Shown here piece by piece: positions 14,247 to 26,020 of a stretch of DNA of 56,713 nt. Made by a program: the position numbers and the translations under genes. The stretch is from Seison nebaliae. Taxonomy: Eukaryota. Numbering within the stretch: the first letter of the stretch is position 1; the number at the start of each line of letters is the position of its first letter. The notes beneath the pieces are model-generated. The model did no database searches. It was not told the origin of the DNA and saw only the letters and a program-made list of their open reading frames with translations. The DNA lies in assembly GCA_023231475.1 (NCBI GenBank), contig JALJEE010002595.1, forward strand, positions 1 through 56,713, in the 5' to 3' direction.

Positions 14247-15065
14247 ATGCCCAGAAATATAAAATTGAACTTTCGAGTTCGTGAAGAACATCAGGAGTTG
14301 AAGGTAAAGATGACGGGGAAAGAATTAAGTCGCAAATTACCAAATGAATTATTTGGAATGAAATTTCTGAAATTTCTCGAATTATCACCAGAACGTGAAG
14401 CATGTCTCAACTATTCATTGAGACGTATTCCAGAGAAATTATTTGTACAATTGAAATATTTAAGAATCTTAAAAATTGATACCAACAAATTAACGACGTT
14501 ACCGGAAGAAATTGGTGAATTAAAATATTTAGAGAGATTAGCAATATCCAATAACCACTTGATTGATGTTCCTCATTCATTGAAGTATTGTCAAAAATTG
14601 GTATCATTACATCTGGTCAACAATAGATTAAACAGTTTTCCAACTCTATCGATATTGGACGAGACATTTCCGTTGAAATCTCTAAAATTTCTTGACATCA
14701 GTTCTAATTCAATTGAGACGATTCCAAACGAAATCAACAAATTAGAAGAACTTCATTCTCTCATTCTATATTCAAATAATTTAATCTCCATTCCTGATAC
14801 TGTAAGTCAAATCACTTATTTAAATACTTTGTGGCTGGGAGATAATCGATTGGAACTCTTACCAATCAATTATCTGAGAACAATGAAATATCTCAACTGG
14901 TTCAAACCGGAAGAGATCACACAAACCGCATTAGATGGCAATCCGTTAAATCATCTATTTTACAAACAAAACAACGAACGCTTCCAAATGTCGAGTGAAA
15001 CATTTTACAATTTGTTTCATCGAGATGGTTTGGCTGCATTTGAAGAATATGAATTTACTTCGTAA
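14247..15065 (+). CDS. Leucine-rich repeat protein, single exon, 272 aa
   Basis: About 7 LxxLxLxxNxLxxLP repeats (e.g. LRILKIDTNKLTTLP, LKFLDISSNSIETIP) and an LDGNPL cap. Confidence 0.9.
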   Translation: MPRNIKLNFRVREEHQELKVKMTGKELSRKLPNELFGMKFLKFLELSPEREACLNYSLRRIPEKLFVQLKYLRILKIDTNKLTTLPEEIGELKYLERLAISNNHLIDVPHSLKYCQKLVSLHLVNNRLNSFPTLSILDETFPLKSLKFLDISSNSIETIPNEINKLEELHSLILYSNNLISIPDTVSQITYLNTLWLGDNRLELLPINYLRTMKYLNWFKPEEITQTALDGNPLNHLFYKQNNERFQMSSETFYNLFHRDGLAAFEEYEFTS

Positions 15066-15297
15066 AAATTTATAAATCTTTTTATTTCATGAAAATCAAA
15101 ATTTCCAAAGAAAAAAAAAAGGTTTTATGAAAAAAATTTAAAATAAGAGGATATCGTCTTCAGATGAAAGAAAAAAAAATCATTTTACAAATAAAATAAG
15201 GAAATAGTGGTCTGCTCTTTTCACAGTGGATAGTTGGAAATCAACAAAATTAAATTGAAAGTTCTTAATACTAAAAGATGTTGTAGAGAAGGTGGAA

Positions 15298-16231
15298 TTA
15301 GTATCTTTTATTAATATAAATATCGTCCTCAGTATTGTCTCGATAGTGACATATCAGTATCATAGACAAAATGAGAGCACATAATTGCAAGGCCAACAAC
15401 CCAAGAGCAACAGCTACCGCAATAACGATGTTATTTCTTACGAGATAACCAAGAATATTTTGACATCCAGCCATGATGAGATATGCTTTCGGTTTCAATT
15501 CCAAACAAGGATCCTTTTCAATAATACTCGAATTATATATGGGGACTTTGGTGAATTCATCTTGAAAGCAACAGGACAGAGGAATATCATCTCCAAAATC
15601 TTGTGGTCCACTCCATCCGCAACATGCATACTTTTAAAAGATATAAATTCTATATAATTATTCTATAAAAGTGAGAATCGAAACTTTCTCTTGAATTGCG
15701 TCAACTGTATGTTCGACACTCTTCCGCTTATGATATTCCACTTCTAGAACATTACTCAACAGTTTGTTAAAGAAACTGAGAAACTGAAATAGAAGAAAGT
15801 AGAGGAATTGGGAAATGTTGAAGAAAGATGAAACTTCTTGTTCCTTCACAAGCACATAAGCAATCAAACATATTTGGAGAGATAATATCAAAATAATAAA
15901 CAGAAAGAATATGCCCAAAAGATAGATGTTTCGATAATATGCTCCACAACAACCGAGGAAACCAATAAGACTCATTGCCACTGCGATCCCCATGATTAAG
16001 TAAGGAATGTACAAAAAGGGCACGGCAGATTTTCCCACTTCCACATTCGATGCGGTGACACTGGGTTCAAATCGGAGCCACAATGAAAATCCCAATAATG
16101 CCAATCCTGATAACTGATTAATAGAGTATTAGGATGATTAGTTTGAGATCGATTGATGATGGAATGCTAACCCAGAAAAGGAAGTTGAAAAAGAGAAACA
16201 GATAACGGATCGTTAAGTGCACACACTTCAT
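15298..16231 (-). CDS. Tetraspanin, 4 exons
   Basis: N-terminus RYLFLFFNFLFW; GFLGCCGA; CCG motif in the large loop (YACCG); four TM segments. Introns 16114-16171, 15784-15834, 15631-15684. Confidence 0.92.
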
Positions 16232-18292
16232 TTTGACGAATAAGCGATGATTGGAGAAGACGTCGTATTAGAATATGTTTGAGTTGCCCACAACGTACTG
16301 CACAATCTTACGTACACAAAAGTAAGGACAAGTTTTCTTGAAAATATATGAAGATGGGAGTAATATGTAAAAAATTGAATAATATTTTGAAATATATCCA
16401 AATGAAAAAAATTGAATTGATTATTTTGAATTTGGAGAAATCGATCTTTTTATATGAAAATATTCACGTGCTATTCTACCTTTCAATTTCTCTTCTGGAT
16501 TTCTCTATATGTATTTTGCGTCTGCTTTTAACGGTAAGTGTTTGTTTCTTTCTGTGTTTGTAATTGTCAGAGGATGGATGTTCTTAAGAAGGAACATTTC
16601 TAATTTAATCTCGACAGTTGCCCACATGTACCATTCTACTGACTGTTGAGAATTGAAAGAAAAGATGAGTAAGTTTTAATGAAATTCTATTACAATTCGT
16701 AGATGGGTTGAATTGCATGAAGAAACTATTAACAATTCTTTGTAGAATGATTATGTAAATTATGAAATTACAAATGGAAGATTTACAAAAGAACATTATA
16801 ATGAGAATTAAAAATCGAATGGTCGTAAAACTTAAGAACATTTAAAAGACTTAAATATCTGAATTAGTATAAGTACGATGTACTATTTGTTATAGTTCTT
16901 CGATTATGGTAGAACCGATGAAGGAACTATTAAATAAAGGAAAGGGTAATTTTCAAAAATTTTCGCGCAATTTCTTTTTGTAATTAATAGTCATTCTCAA
17001 GATGATGATAATAAATGATGATACTTTAATAAATATTTAATTTGGAAGTTAAGAATGAATTGTTTAAAATTAATTCTGTTTCGTCTAATAATCAGCGGAA
17101 GGAGTTCGATAGATAATTTTTGTCGAAACATAATGGAATCCAGAGAATATATGATAAGTGGATTTGTCTAATTCTCTTTCATTCCAGTGACAATCGGATT
17201 GTAGTTGGATAAAAACAATTATAATAAAAATGGAAAGTAGTCGATGAGATGAAGGAAAAAAATAATGTTAAAAATTGAAGCTCGACAAACGAACATATCG
17301 ATGACATAATTAAAGTTTGGACATTTCACAAAGATAATTACTATTTACATTCTGTGTAGACAATCCAGTATTTACAATCTCATTCCGGTTATCCTCAAAT
17401 TAGTTGTATATTACAAGAAGTGACATCAGCATTAAACTGTATTGTGGAAAGAATTGGAGTTGAGAATGAAATGATGAGAGGAAAAGATAGTCAAGAGTTT
17501 TTCCTATAATTGAAAGAGAATTATAGACTTCTCATGAAATTGGGATTAGAGTTAGACAATATAATTTTCTGTCGACAAAATGAAAAATTGTCTTCCTTTT
17601 CCTCAATTGAATGAATGATACTTTTTTTGTTGAGAGATGATTGAACTTTTGTCAATGCAATAAATTTGTGAGATGAGAATATATCAAGATTATTCTAAAA
17701 ATTATTCTCAGAATTATTCTCATTCAACTATTAGTTCTTCCATTAATTTAATTAAAATTACTAATATTTATTAAATTGTCATTTACATGGGTCATTCAAA
17801 TGTAAATTAGGAAGACGTCCTCATTAACATTCATCATTCGATATAAGCGAAACTGACAATCTTTTTCATTTCATCTGATTTCTCTCTTTCATTCTTGTTC
17901 GATTCTCTCATTCGATGATATTGGAGAATAAACTATGTTGGACACGGTGGGATGATGTCGGTGGTGTAATTTAATATTGGATATTAATCTCAATAACAGA
18001 GAATGGAATCGATGATTAGATTAAGTCAGGTGTTGACATCATCATGTTTGTAGAACATTCTTATTATTTTACGAAAATCGGATGTCACTTTCTTTCTTAT
18101 ACACAGTATAATGGATCGTCTTGTCTTTAGAAAATAAATGAAAATTCTCCCATTTAACGAAATATTTCTTTCTTCATCTCTATCGAACCAGCCGATTATA
18201 TATTTTATAACTTTCATTAAACTTCTTTTTTTTTTATTAAAAATTGAATAAGAAATTGGCGTGAGTGTTAAAAGAGGGAATAGAAGGGAAAT

Positions 18293-20090
18293 CTAAATGA
18301 GAAGAGATTTCCGCCTATCTCCTAAATCATTTTTCTTTTCGTTGAAAGAGAACTCTCCCTCCAATTTATGTGCCACATCCAACAACAATTGTTCATTGTA
18401 TCGATGTGAAGATAGATGAAGGCCAATTGGCATATCATCATCATTCAACTCCCATGGAATACTTATAGCTGGAAGATCTGGTTTGTTGTTGTTATGATTA
18501 TAAGAATTGTTATTGTTTATGAAGGTGAAAAAATAGAAAATAAGAAATTTAATTCATAAAAAAGAACTTGCAAGATTCGCTGTCGTTAACAGTACACCTT
18601 CCGCCATCTCCAAATGAGACAATTTCTTTTTAGTTATCTCGTGGAATTTGGGAGAAGCAAATGGCAAAGTGGGCCATACAAGAACATCAATTCCATTCAA
18701 CAATCTTTCCATCTCCTTTCTAATACTTTCCCGACAATTCATTGCACTCTGAAAATATTTATGATAATTTCTACAATGACACAATAATGATTCTCAGCAT
18801 CTAATGAGAATAATGAACTTTTTGTGGAGGAAATAATTTCCGTTAATAATTCGTTGTTGAACTTCATTGCCAAACGATTCGTTTCTCGTTTCCATATAGT
18901 CGATGGAATGATTCAACTTATCCGAAATCTTCCCATATCTCATTCTCGATTCGATTTCATTCAACGATATCTTATTTCGATGACCTGTCTCATAAGTGAA
19001 ATGATTATCATCGTTCTCATAATCATTAACCATATCGAATACCATCGAAACGAGCCATATTCGAAGTGATCTCACATGAAGTCAGACATTCGTAAATGAG
19101 AGAAGAATTTCCAATTATTACATTTTCTTCCAAAGTTTTCACATTCAATTTCTTCTTCAACATTTCCCAATTCTCATTTTGTTCTATGGGAAAATAACGA
19201 GACAACTAACTCACATCAATTAGAATATATTTTCAAATTAATTAATTTTATTTTCCAACATCGATAGTTCCAAATTTGATTTTATTCAAATCAAAATTTT
19301 TATTCAAAACAATTTCCGTTTTTCCAGGAACTGTCGTCAAATCCTTTTCATCTTCTCCATTCACTAAATTATACATCAACGCAACTAATGGTATCGACGA
19401 CGATGTTATTGAAACGGTATCTAAGGCATTATTGAGAGGGATCAATCCATATCGTGAAATTCTACCGTAACTAGGTTTGAATCCCACCACACCATTCATC
19501 GATGAGGGATTCCTTATCGAACCACCAGTATCACTTCCAATTGATCTATTGAAGAGTAGTGAATGAATGAAAAAATGAAAATTGCAGAAATGAACATCAA
19601 AGTCATATTTGTGGCGATGGAAACGGCAGAACCACCAGAACTTCCACCCGCAACACGATTAGAAGATTTGAGAGAATTGAAACCGTTTACACATCTACCA
19701 TAGAATGAATTCATATTAGTTGAACTTTTTATTGAAATGAAAATGAGAGAAAGGAAAAAGAAATGTGAACCCCATTCCGAATTCATCCATATTCTCTTTC
19801 TGTACAATATGTCCACCATTCTGGAAGATTCGTTCAACAACTTCACAATTATATGGTGACGTCCAATTACTAAGAGTCTGACTAGCACATGTTGTTAAAT
19901 GATTTTTTAAACAAAAATTATCTTTCACTCCGATCGGAACATTCATCAGGGGCAAATCGTGAGAATTGTCAAGTCTCATGTCAGTTCTACTGATGACATT
20001 GTTCCACTCAGCTGATCGATCGCGTTGAACGGACGAAAATTCTATAAAATCCTTCAAGAATTGCTTTTGAAAAATTCTCTTTATATTCAT
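18293..20090 (-). CDS. QRSL1: Mitochondrial glutamyl-tRNA(Gln) amidotransferase subunit A (amidase family), 7 exons
   Basis: PIGVKDNF, NMDEFGMG, GGSSGGSA, GSDTGGSIR, GFKPSYGRISRYGL, SNMARFDGIRYG. Introns 19725-19770, 19546-19595, 19206-19259, 18985-19030, 18771-18818, 18478-18567. Confidence 0.92.
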
Positions 20091-20195
20091 TTTATGGAAA
20101 TCTAAAGAAACTGATAAAATACTTATTTTCTTTGTATCTACCAACAAAATAAACGAAGTCGACTCTGAATTAAATTATTATTATTGAATAAGAAA

Positions 20196-22202
20196 TTATT
20201 TTATTGAAACTAATTTTGAATAAATCTCCTCATTAGATTCATCTAATGGATTCGAACGATATTTAGATGGTTTTCTGTATAAGTTTTCTTTCACAAATTT
20301 CTTTTTCGATGTTTTCTTCGGCAATTCAATTTGATCTTTCATCTTGTTCCAACTAATCAATTCCTGATGGATGTTTGATACAAATCGGAATGATGGGAAG
20401 ATCTCCTTATGATTCGTATATGCGAGCCAATGTGGTTCTGATTCATCATCTATCGTTTCCGGTTCAGCCAACAACTGATAAACAATTTGCAACCAACTTC
20501 TTGCAAATTCCTCATAGGTACCAAATCCAAAATGATTTTGTTGATTCTTAAATTGGAAATATGGAATAAACATAAATCCAAATTTGTTGTTGTTGGTGGT
20601 GGTGGTGGATGGAAGAGATAATTGATGATCGATCATCTTTAAACGATTGAGAATATTCGTTGACATAATTTGAATATAATTATTATTCTCCATCATCATC
20701 AAACAATAATGTCGTGGTAATAATGGTAAAATGTTGACTTGTACATAATCATTCTCCTCATTGAATAATCGAAGTGAATTAAACGATAAATTACCATTAG
20801 AACGATATATGGATTGATTTAATTGAAAACGAGTAAATCCAAATTGATTAATCAATTTCTCTTCATGACGAGCCATGGATAAATTATAAAATAATTTCTT
20901 CCATTTCCTCTCATCAATATCGATGGAATGATTTCCTTTCTCATATCGACGTTCATTCGACAAACAACGATATAATTCGCGATGAGATGATGATAAAATT
21001 TCATCTTCCAAATTAGATAAATTTTTCATTTGTCTATTATTCTCGTCGAGATAAGTCATCCGATCGTCGTTGATCAAATGATGGAATAAAGAGAATTGAT
21101 CGTCGTTACCTTTCCGAAATGAATGTTGTCGATAATTGATGAAATTATTTACATCCATCTTTTGATATTTGGCCAAGTCGTCGATAATTCTTTTCATATC
21201 ATTTTTATCAATTTGATTGATAAGGAAAAGATCTTGAAGAAAGAGAAAGATGAAATGAGAATATTTCAATAAATTCTCATTTCTATTCTCTAATTGATTA
21301 AGAAGGAATTGTTTCATTTCTAAGAGAAATTGAGATAGATTCTTTATCTTCTCCGATTCGCCATTAACATAAGAGAATTGTAATTTCAATTGATTTCTCG
21401 TATAAATTGGAATTCGACTCTTCTCCATTCCATCGAATAAATGAGCTATAGACAAGAAATCTTTCGTTATATAATTCGTTAATTTTATGAGACTTTTCTC
21501 TCGAACATTCTTCCATTCCGTTCGATGAATGAGAAGAAATTCGATGAGTTTTTGTTGGAAAGGAATATAAATGAAATTTGAATAATTATACAATGATAAC
21601 AATCGATGAATTACTTCGATTAATTGACAAAAATCGATATTCTTCTTTTCCCCGTTAAACTCATCAATAATATTCATCAACTTCTCCGATATCGATTTCA
21701 ATCTATCTACTGCTGATAATTTGAGATGGACAACTGGTGCCGAAGATTGATGTCTTGATTCTTTGATTAATCGATAAAGATATTTTAATTGAATAATCAA
21801 TATAGATATATAAGGTTCTTCATTTGATAATTCATCGAAAATCATTTTGAAAGTTTCATCGATGATTTTATCAAATTTATTATTGTCCAATTTCATCATA
21901 TGAGACGGTAATCGAAAATCGAAGAACATTTTCACCAATCTTAAATTGATGTCATCCGAATGAATTAAATGATTCGATTTCGTCACCAATTGACTTATCG
22001 TTGCATCGAAATAGATGTGGCGAAATTCCACATCCTTATAAAGAAGATATTGAAACATATGGAATTGAACAACATCATCATGAGAATTTAACCGATTCTT
22101 GTTTCCCACAATTCTTCCATAAACACTTTGCACATCTTTACTTCGTTTCAATACGGACGAGAGAGTATTAACAGAAAAGAATCTTTTAATAACTTTACTC
22201 AT
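20196..22202 (-). CDS. 668-aa helical protein with a mitochondrial presequence-like N-terminus; possible divergent FASTK/RAP-domain protein
   Basis: Long intronless ORF; R/K/S-rich N-terminus (MSKVIKRFFSV). The C-terminal NRLKMI...GFMFIPYFQF resembles the RAP-domain G..v.IPy.eW pattern. The gene is well supported; the family call is tentative. Confidence 0.5.
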   Translation of the reverse strand: MSKVIKRFFSVNTLSSVLKRSKDVQSVYGRIVGNKNRLNSHDDVVQFHMFQYLLYKDVEFRHIYFDATISQLVTKSNHLIHSDDINLRLVKMFFDFRLPSHMMKLDNNKFDKIIDETFKMIFDELSNEEPYISILIIQLKYLYRLIKESRHQSSAPVVHLKLSAVDRLKSISEKLMNIIDEFNGEKKNIDFCQLIEVIHRLLSLYNYSNFIYIPFQQKLIEFLLIHRTEWKNVREKSLIKLTNYITKDFLSIAHLFDGMEKSRIPIYTRNQLKLQFSYVNGESEKIKNLSQFLLEMKQFLLNQLENRNENLLKYSHFIFLFLQDLFLINQIDKNDMKRIIDDLAKYQKMDVNNFINYRQHSFRKGNDDQFSLFHHLINDDRMTYLDENNRQMKNLSNLEDEILSSSHRELYRCLSNERRYEKGNHSIDIDERKWKKLFYNLSMARHEEKLINQFGFTRFQLNQSIYRSNGNLSFNSLRLFNEENDYVQVNILPLLPRHYCLMMMENNNYIQIMSTNILNRLKMIDHQLSLPSTTTTNNNKFGFMFIPYFQFKNQQNHFGFGTYEEFARSWLQIVYQLLAEPETIDDESEPHWLAYTNHKEIFPSFRFVSNIHQELISWNKMKDQIELPKKTSKKKFVKENLYRKPSKYRSNPLDESNEEIYSKLVSIK

Positions 22203-22358
22203 ATCTGAATGAAAATGAAATGTGAAGATTTGTTTCTATTAAATAAAAATAGAGAAATATCAATAAAACAAAAATGACTAAATTAAATATTTGAAAATGG
22301 AATGAATAGATGGGAAAATAATCGTAAAATTAAATTTAATTTAATTATCTTGGATAGA

Positions 22359-24215
22359 TTATTGATCTTTTTTGAAGACAGTTATCGTTTCCCTCTCACA
22401 ATCATAAGCGACAAAGAGATGAATAAAGAAACAGAGTCCTCCGATCAGAACATAAATCGAATTGTAAATAATCTTCTCATTTCGAGTTAGTTGTTGTGTT
22501 TCATTCAATTGTTTCGTATAAAATAGATTGTCTTGTACTGATTGATATCCATTCGTTAAAATAGTCATTTCTCGATGACTAATGTAAAGAAAGAGACTTA
22601 TGAGAATAGTTGCGATTAATAACGGCGTTTGGATGGAAAATAGATCGATCAAAAAATTTTCACGAATATTCTCTTTGAAATAATTAATGATATATCGTAG
22701 ATTATATAATAATCGAAATATCATTACGATGGAATTTGCGAAGATGAATGATTCGATACCAAATGAAAAAAAATGAACGAAAATATAAGTCGTTCCCAGA
22801 AATATCATGGAATAAATAAATAAGACTCGCTGGTAAGATTTGAGTGATTCATTTTCAATTGACGATCGAACGAATGATTCACTTAAACCATTCAATCCGA
22901 TAATCGTCAAATAAATGACAAAACATCTCAAGAGATATGTCATTTTTTCAATGTTCTCTTCCGTTTCATATTGGAAGAGAATGCGAAGTAGAAGATTGGC
23001 ATAAGTGCAAGCATAAATCGAACAAACTAATCCACAAATATAAAGAGCTCGTTCGATTTTCGTAAATTTCTCATATAAAATTCGTGAAAGTTCATCAACA
23101 TGATTCTCATTCTTTAATTGTCTCATCTTTCCTGTAATGAGAGCGAACGCCACAAATGCATGCTCCTCTATCGGTCTGAAAATATAACGAGCGACGATTG
23201 ATGCCAAATTGGAAATGATCTCATATAAAGTCTGATCGACAGCGGAGAATGTGTTCATTGTAATCATGAAAATTTTCTCACTTTCTTCCAAAACGATTTT
23301 TATTGTATTTTGTCGTAATAAAGCGAACCATGTTCCCCAGAAATCTTTTGGTAAATAATTCTTATTTAATTGAGTTCTTTTCATTCGGAAGAAAGGGAAA
23401 GGACGTTCCTTATCTCGTACGAATAAGAAATAGAGATAATATACTAATGGAAGTGATAATGAATAAAATAATTGACCAGAACATAATATTATTAATTGAA
23501 GTCGTTGGAACGATTGATGATTCCAAAAATAAAGTGGAAGGAATATATTGATTGCTGTTTGTAACAATGTTGCAATAGATTCGACAATTATCATCAATTT
23601 CACATAATCAAAATAACGGAGAATCATCGATAACGGTTCCTGTAATAATTCACCAATTGCTGCAACGATGAAAATTATGATTGATAATTTATTGTAATAA
23701 AACAAATCTGCCGAATCTGCTGTTGTTGTTGTGATTGAGGAGAATACATAGAACCACCAAATAGGTAAGAAAATTGAGGAAATAATTATTCCAATGAAAA
23801 TGGGCAACCATGAAATATTGATGATTAATTGAATATTATTCATTCTCTTCTTTTTCTCGTCAACATCGATGGTGATTTCTTTTAAGCAATATTGTCGAAT
23901 CGGTTCTCGACTCAACGTCACGATAAGTGAATAAAGGAGCGTTAATCGAATGAAAACCGTTTCCAATATCTCTTTGTTGAGATGTTGGACAATATAAATT
24001 TTGGAAAGAAATGTTATCAAACGAAATGTGATTTGAGTCAAAATTGTGAATCTGATCGATTTGAAGATGATGGAGAACATTTGATTGCAATTTTTCCTTT
24101 CCTTCTCGCCTGCCAATTCACCAGATGATGATTGTTCGTCCTTCTTACATTCATTCTCTTCTTTTTCACGTTCACGTAATTTCTGATGATGTTTTCGATT
24201 TTTTACCTTCGACAT
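22359..24215 (-). CDS. RFT1: RFT1 homolog (Man5GlcNAc2-PP-dolichol translocation protein), single exon
   Basis: QITFRLITF, IRLTLLYSLIVTLSREPIR, KIVLEESEK, SNLASIVARYIFRPIEE, GLNGLSESF; multi-pass hydrophobic pattern. Confidence 0.92.
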   Translation of the reverse strand: MSKVKNRKHHQKLREREKEENECKKDEQSSSGELAGEKERKNCNQMFSIIFKSIRFTILTQITFRLITFLSKIYIVQHLNKEILETVFIRLTLLYSLIVTLSREPIRQYCLKEITIDVDEKKKRMNNIQLIINISWLPIFIGIIISSIFLPIWWFYVFSSITTTTADSADLFYYNKLSIIIFIVAAIGELLQEPLSMILRYFDYVKLMIIVESIATLLQTAINIFLPLYFWNHQSFQRLQLIILCSGQLFYSLSLPLVYYLYFLFVRDKERPFPFFRMKRTQLNKNYLPKDFWGTWFALLRQNTIKIVLEESEKIFMITMNTFSAVDQTLYEIISNLASIVARYIFRPIEEHAFVAFALITGKMRQLKNENHVDELSRILYEKFTKIERALYICGLVCSIYACTYANLLLRILFQYETEENIEKMTYLLRCFVIYLTIIGLNGLSESFVRSSIENESLKSYQRVLFIYSMIFLGTTYIFVHFFSFGIESFIFANSIVMIFRLLYNLRYIINYFKENIRENFLIDLFSIQTPLLIATILISLFLYISHREMTILTNGYQSVQDNLFYTKQLNETQQLTRNEKIIYNSIYVLIGGLCFFIHLFVAYDCERETITVFKKDQ

Positions 24216-24456
24216 TTCGTTGGACGGATAATAGGTAAATTTTCAAAAAAAATAAATTATAATATGATCGAACACATATTTTCTGGAAAATAATTCTGTT
24301 TGGAGAAAAAAGAGAAAAAAATGAAAAAAATATTTGAATTTTTTTTTATTTAAAAACATTTCTTCTTTCGTTCATCTGATGATGTTGTTGGAACGAAACT
24401 GAATTGTGAGAATTAATAGGAAAAAGAAATTAAATAAAAGAGTCGATTAAATTTAT

Positions 24457-25550
24457 CTAATTGTTGAATTCAAGTCCAATTCCAAAATCAATTCCTTTCC
24501 GATCGGCATTAAATATCTCAGACAATGTCACTTTCAAATCTAAGAGGAAAATTCCATAAAACGATCTGAAGAGAAAGAGAATGTGGAAACTTCTTGAAAG
24601 AGCTTGAGTGACGGAGAGTCCCATTGTACCTCCTGTTGTTAATTTCGCTTGAAATGTTGTCAATGGATTAGCTTTGTATTTGGCTGCGAAACCGACAATT
24701 GGTCGTGAGGCAGTTTGTGGATTAACCAAAATATGGAATCCTGCATCGATCTGATCATTCAACTTTTGATATACGTACGTGGTAATCTCGTTCTTATTGA
24801 AACTGTTATGGAATGGAAATGAAGAGGAGATGAATAAATGAAAGAAAATAAACATATTTCCATGAACATGCAAATCATTAGCCATGTAACCCACAGTTAA
24901 ATTATGACGTTGAATTGCATTTTCTCTCCAAACCGCTTCTCCACCAATCATCCAATCTAAAAATAATTAAAAAATTAATTATTAAATATAAAATATTTAA
25001 CTGTTGTAGGATGTTACGGCAGCAAACCGCAAAATTTGAGAAAGTATATTAACATCGGCATTCACCGTCATTGCACTATTTGAATACATATTCTTTATTG
25101 TCGCTTCTCGTCGATTTACATCGGTGATATTAGCAGACAATTCAACTGTCGTTTCTAAATCCGTTAACAATTTGTCACAGATTGCCGCCGATATCTTGTA
25201 ATTGTTATCAGATGATAACTTCTCTGTTAAGGTAATGTCTTCCATAATTTCATTAATCCAATGAAACAAGTCAAAGTAAGAAATATAACTGTGTTTGAGA
25301 CAACGATATTTTGCTTCCAAACTACCATGATTTGTTTCGTCATTCTTCTGAACGAATGTTCCTGTGAAATTCAAACCGTTTTCCGCTTTCGTCTTTACCG
25401 TCAACTTCTTCTCGGAACCATCTGCAAATGAGTAGAATGAAGAGATTAATTAGAATATTTCCAATTGGAATTGATGAAATACGAACGATATCCTTTATTG
25501 AAGAGATCTTTGCAACTCTTTGATAAATCGCTAAATTGTGGAACTCTCAT
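24457..25550 (-). CDS. VDAC: Voltage-dependent anion channel (mitochondrial porin), 6 exons
   Basis: N-terminus PQFSDLSKSCKDLFNKGY, KTKAENGLNF, GSLEAKY, AAKY; C-terminus FGIGLEF. Introns 25422-25486, 25239-25289, 24957-25001, 24803-24853, 24540-24590. Confidence 0.92.
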
Positions 25551-26020
25551 TCTGCCTCTGATAAAAGAAATGATATTTTGATGATTTTTTTAAAATTTCC
25601 TATTTCTGGTAATACATGCTCATTACATGATAAGCTTATATTTCATTCATTGTCAATTAAGTAATAAATTTGTATTTCGATTTATACGAAAGAAAAATCG
25701 AAGAAAAATTTTAAATTTTTAAATTCATTTTTTTCTCACAGTCATTTTGTCAGTCATTAAATGGTATTAAATAATTTAGAAAATTATCTTTAATGGATAT
25801 TATAAGTTTATAAAGAAAAATTGTCGAACAAGAAGAATTATTGAAAAGGAAAAATAAACAGATTAGAAGTGTAAGAAAGGGAGAGAAAGAAACAGTAAAG
25901 AATGAATTGAATTGGAATAGAGAGTGACATTGTGAAGAGAGACAAATTGAAAAAATATCTTGAAATTTATAATTTTACTAAAATTTGAATATGATCACAT
26001 GTAGTTCGTTTGAATTTAAA

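Noticed and set aside
16300..18250. Short ORFs between tetraspanin and QRSL1, including a GTAAGT at ~16534
   Set aside because: I could not build a spliced frame or find a protein motif; probably regulatory or UTR sequence.
18293..20090. Bacterial gatA acquired by horizontal transfer or contamination
   Set aside because: It has six host-type GTT introns and lies among eukaryotic genes; it is the ordinary nuclear QRSL1.
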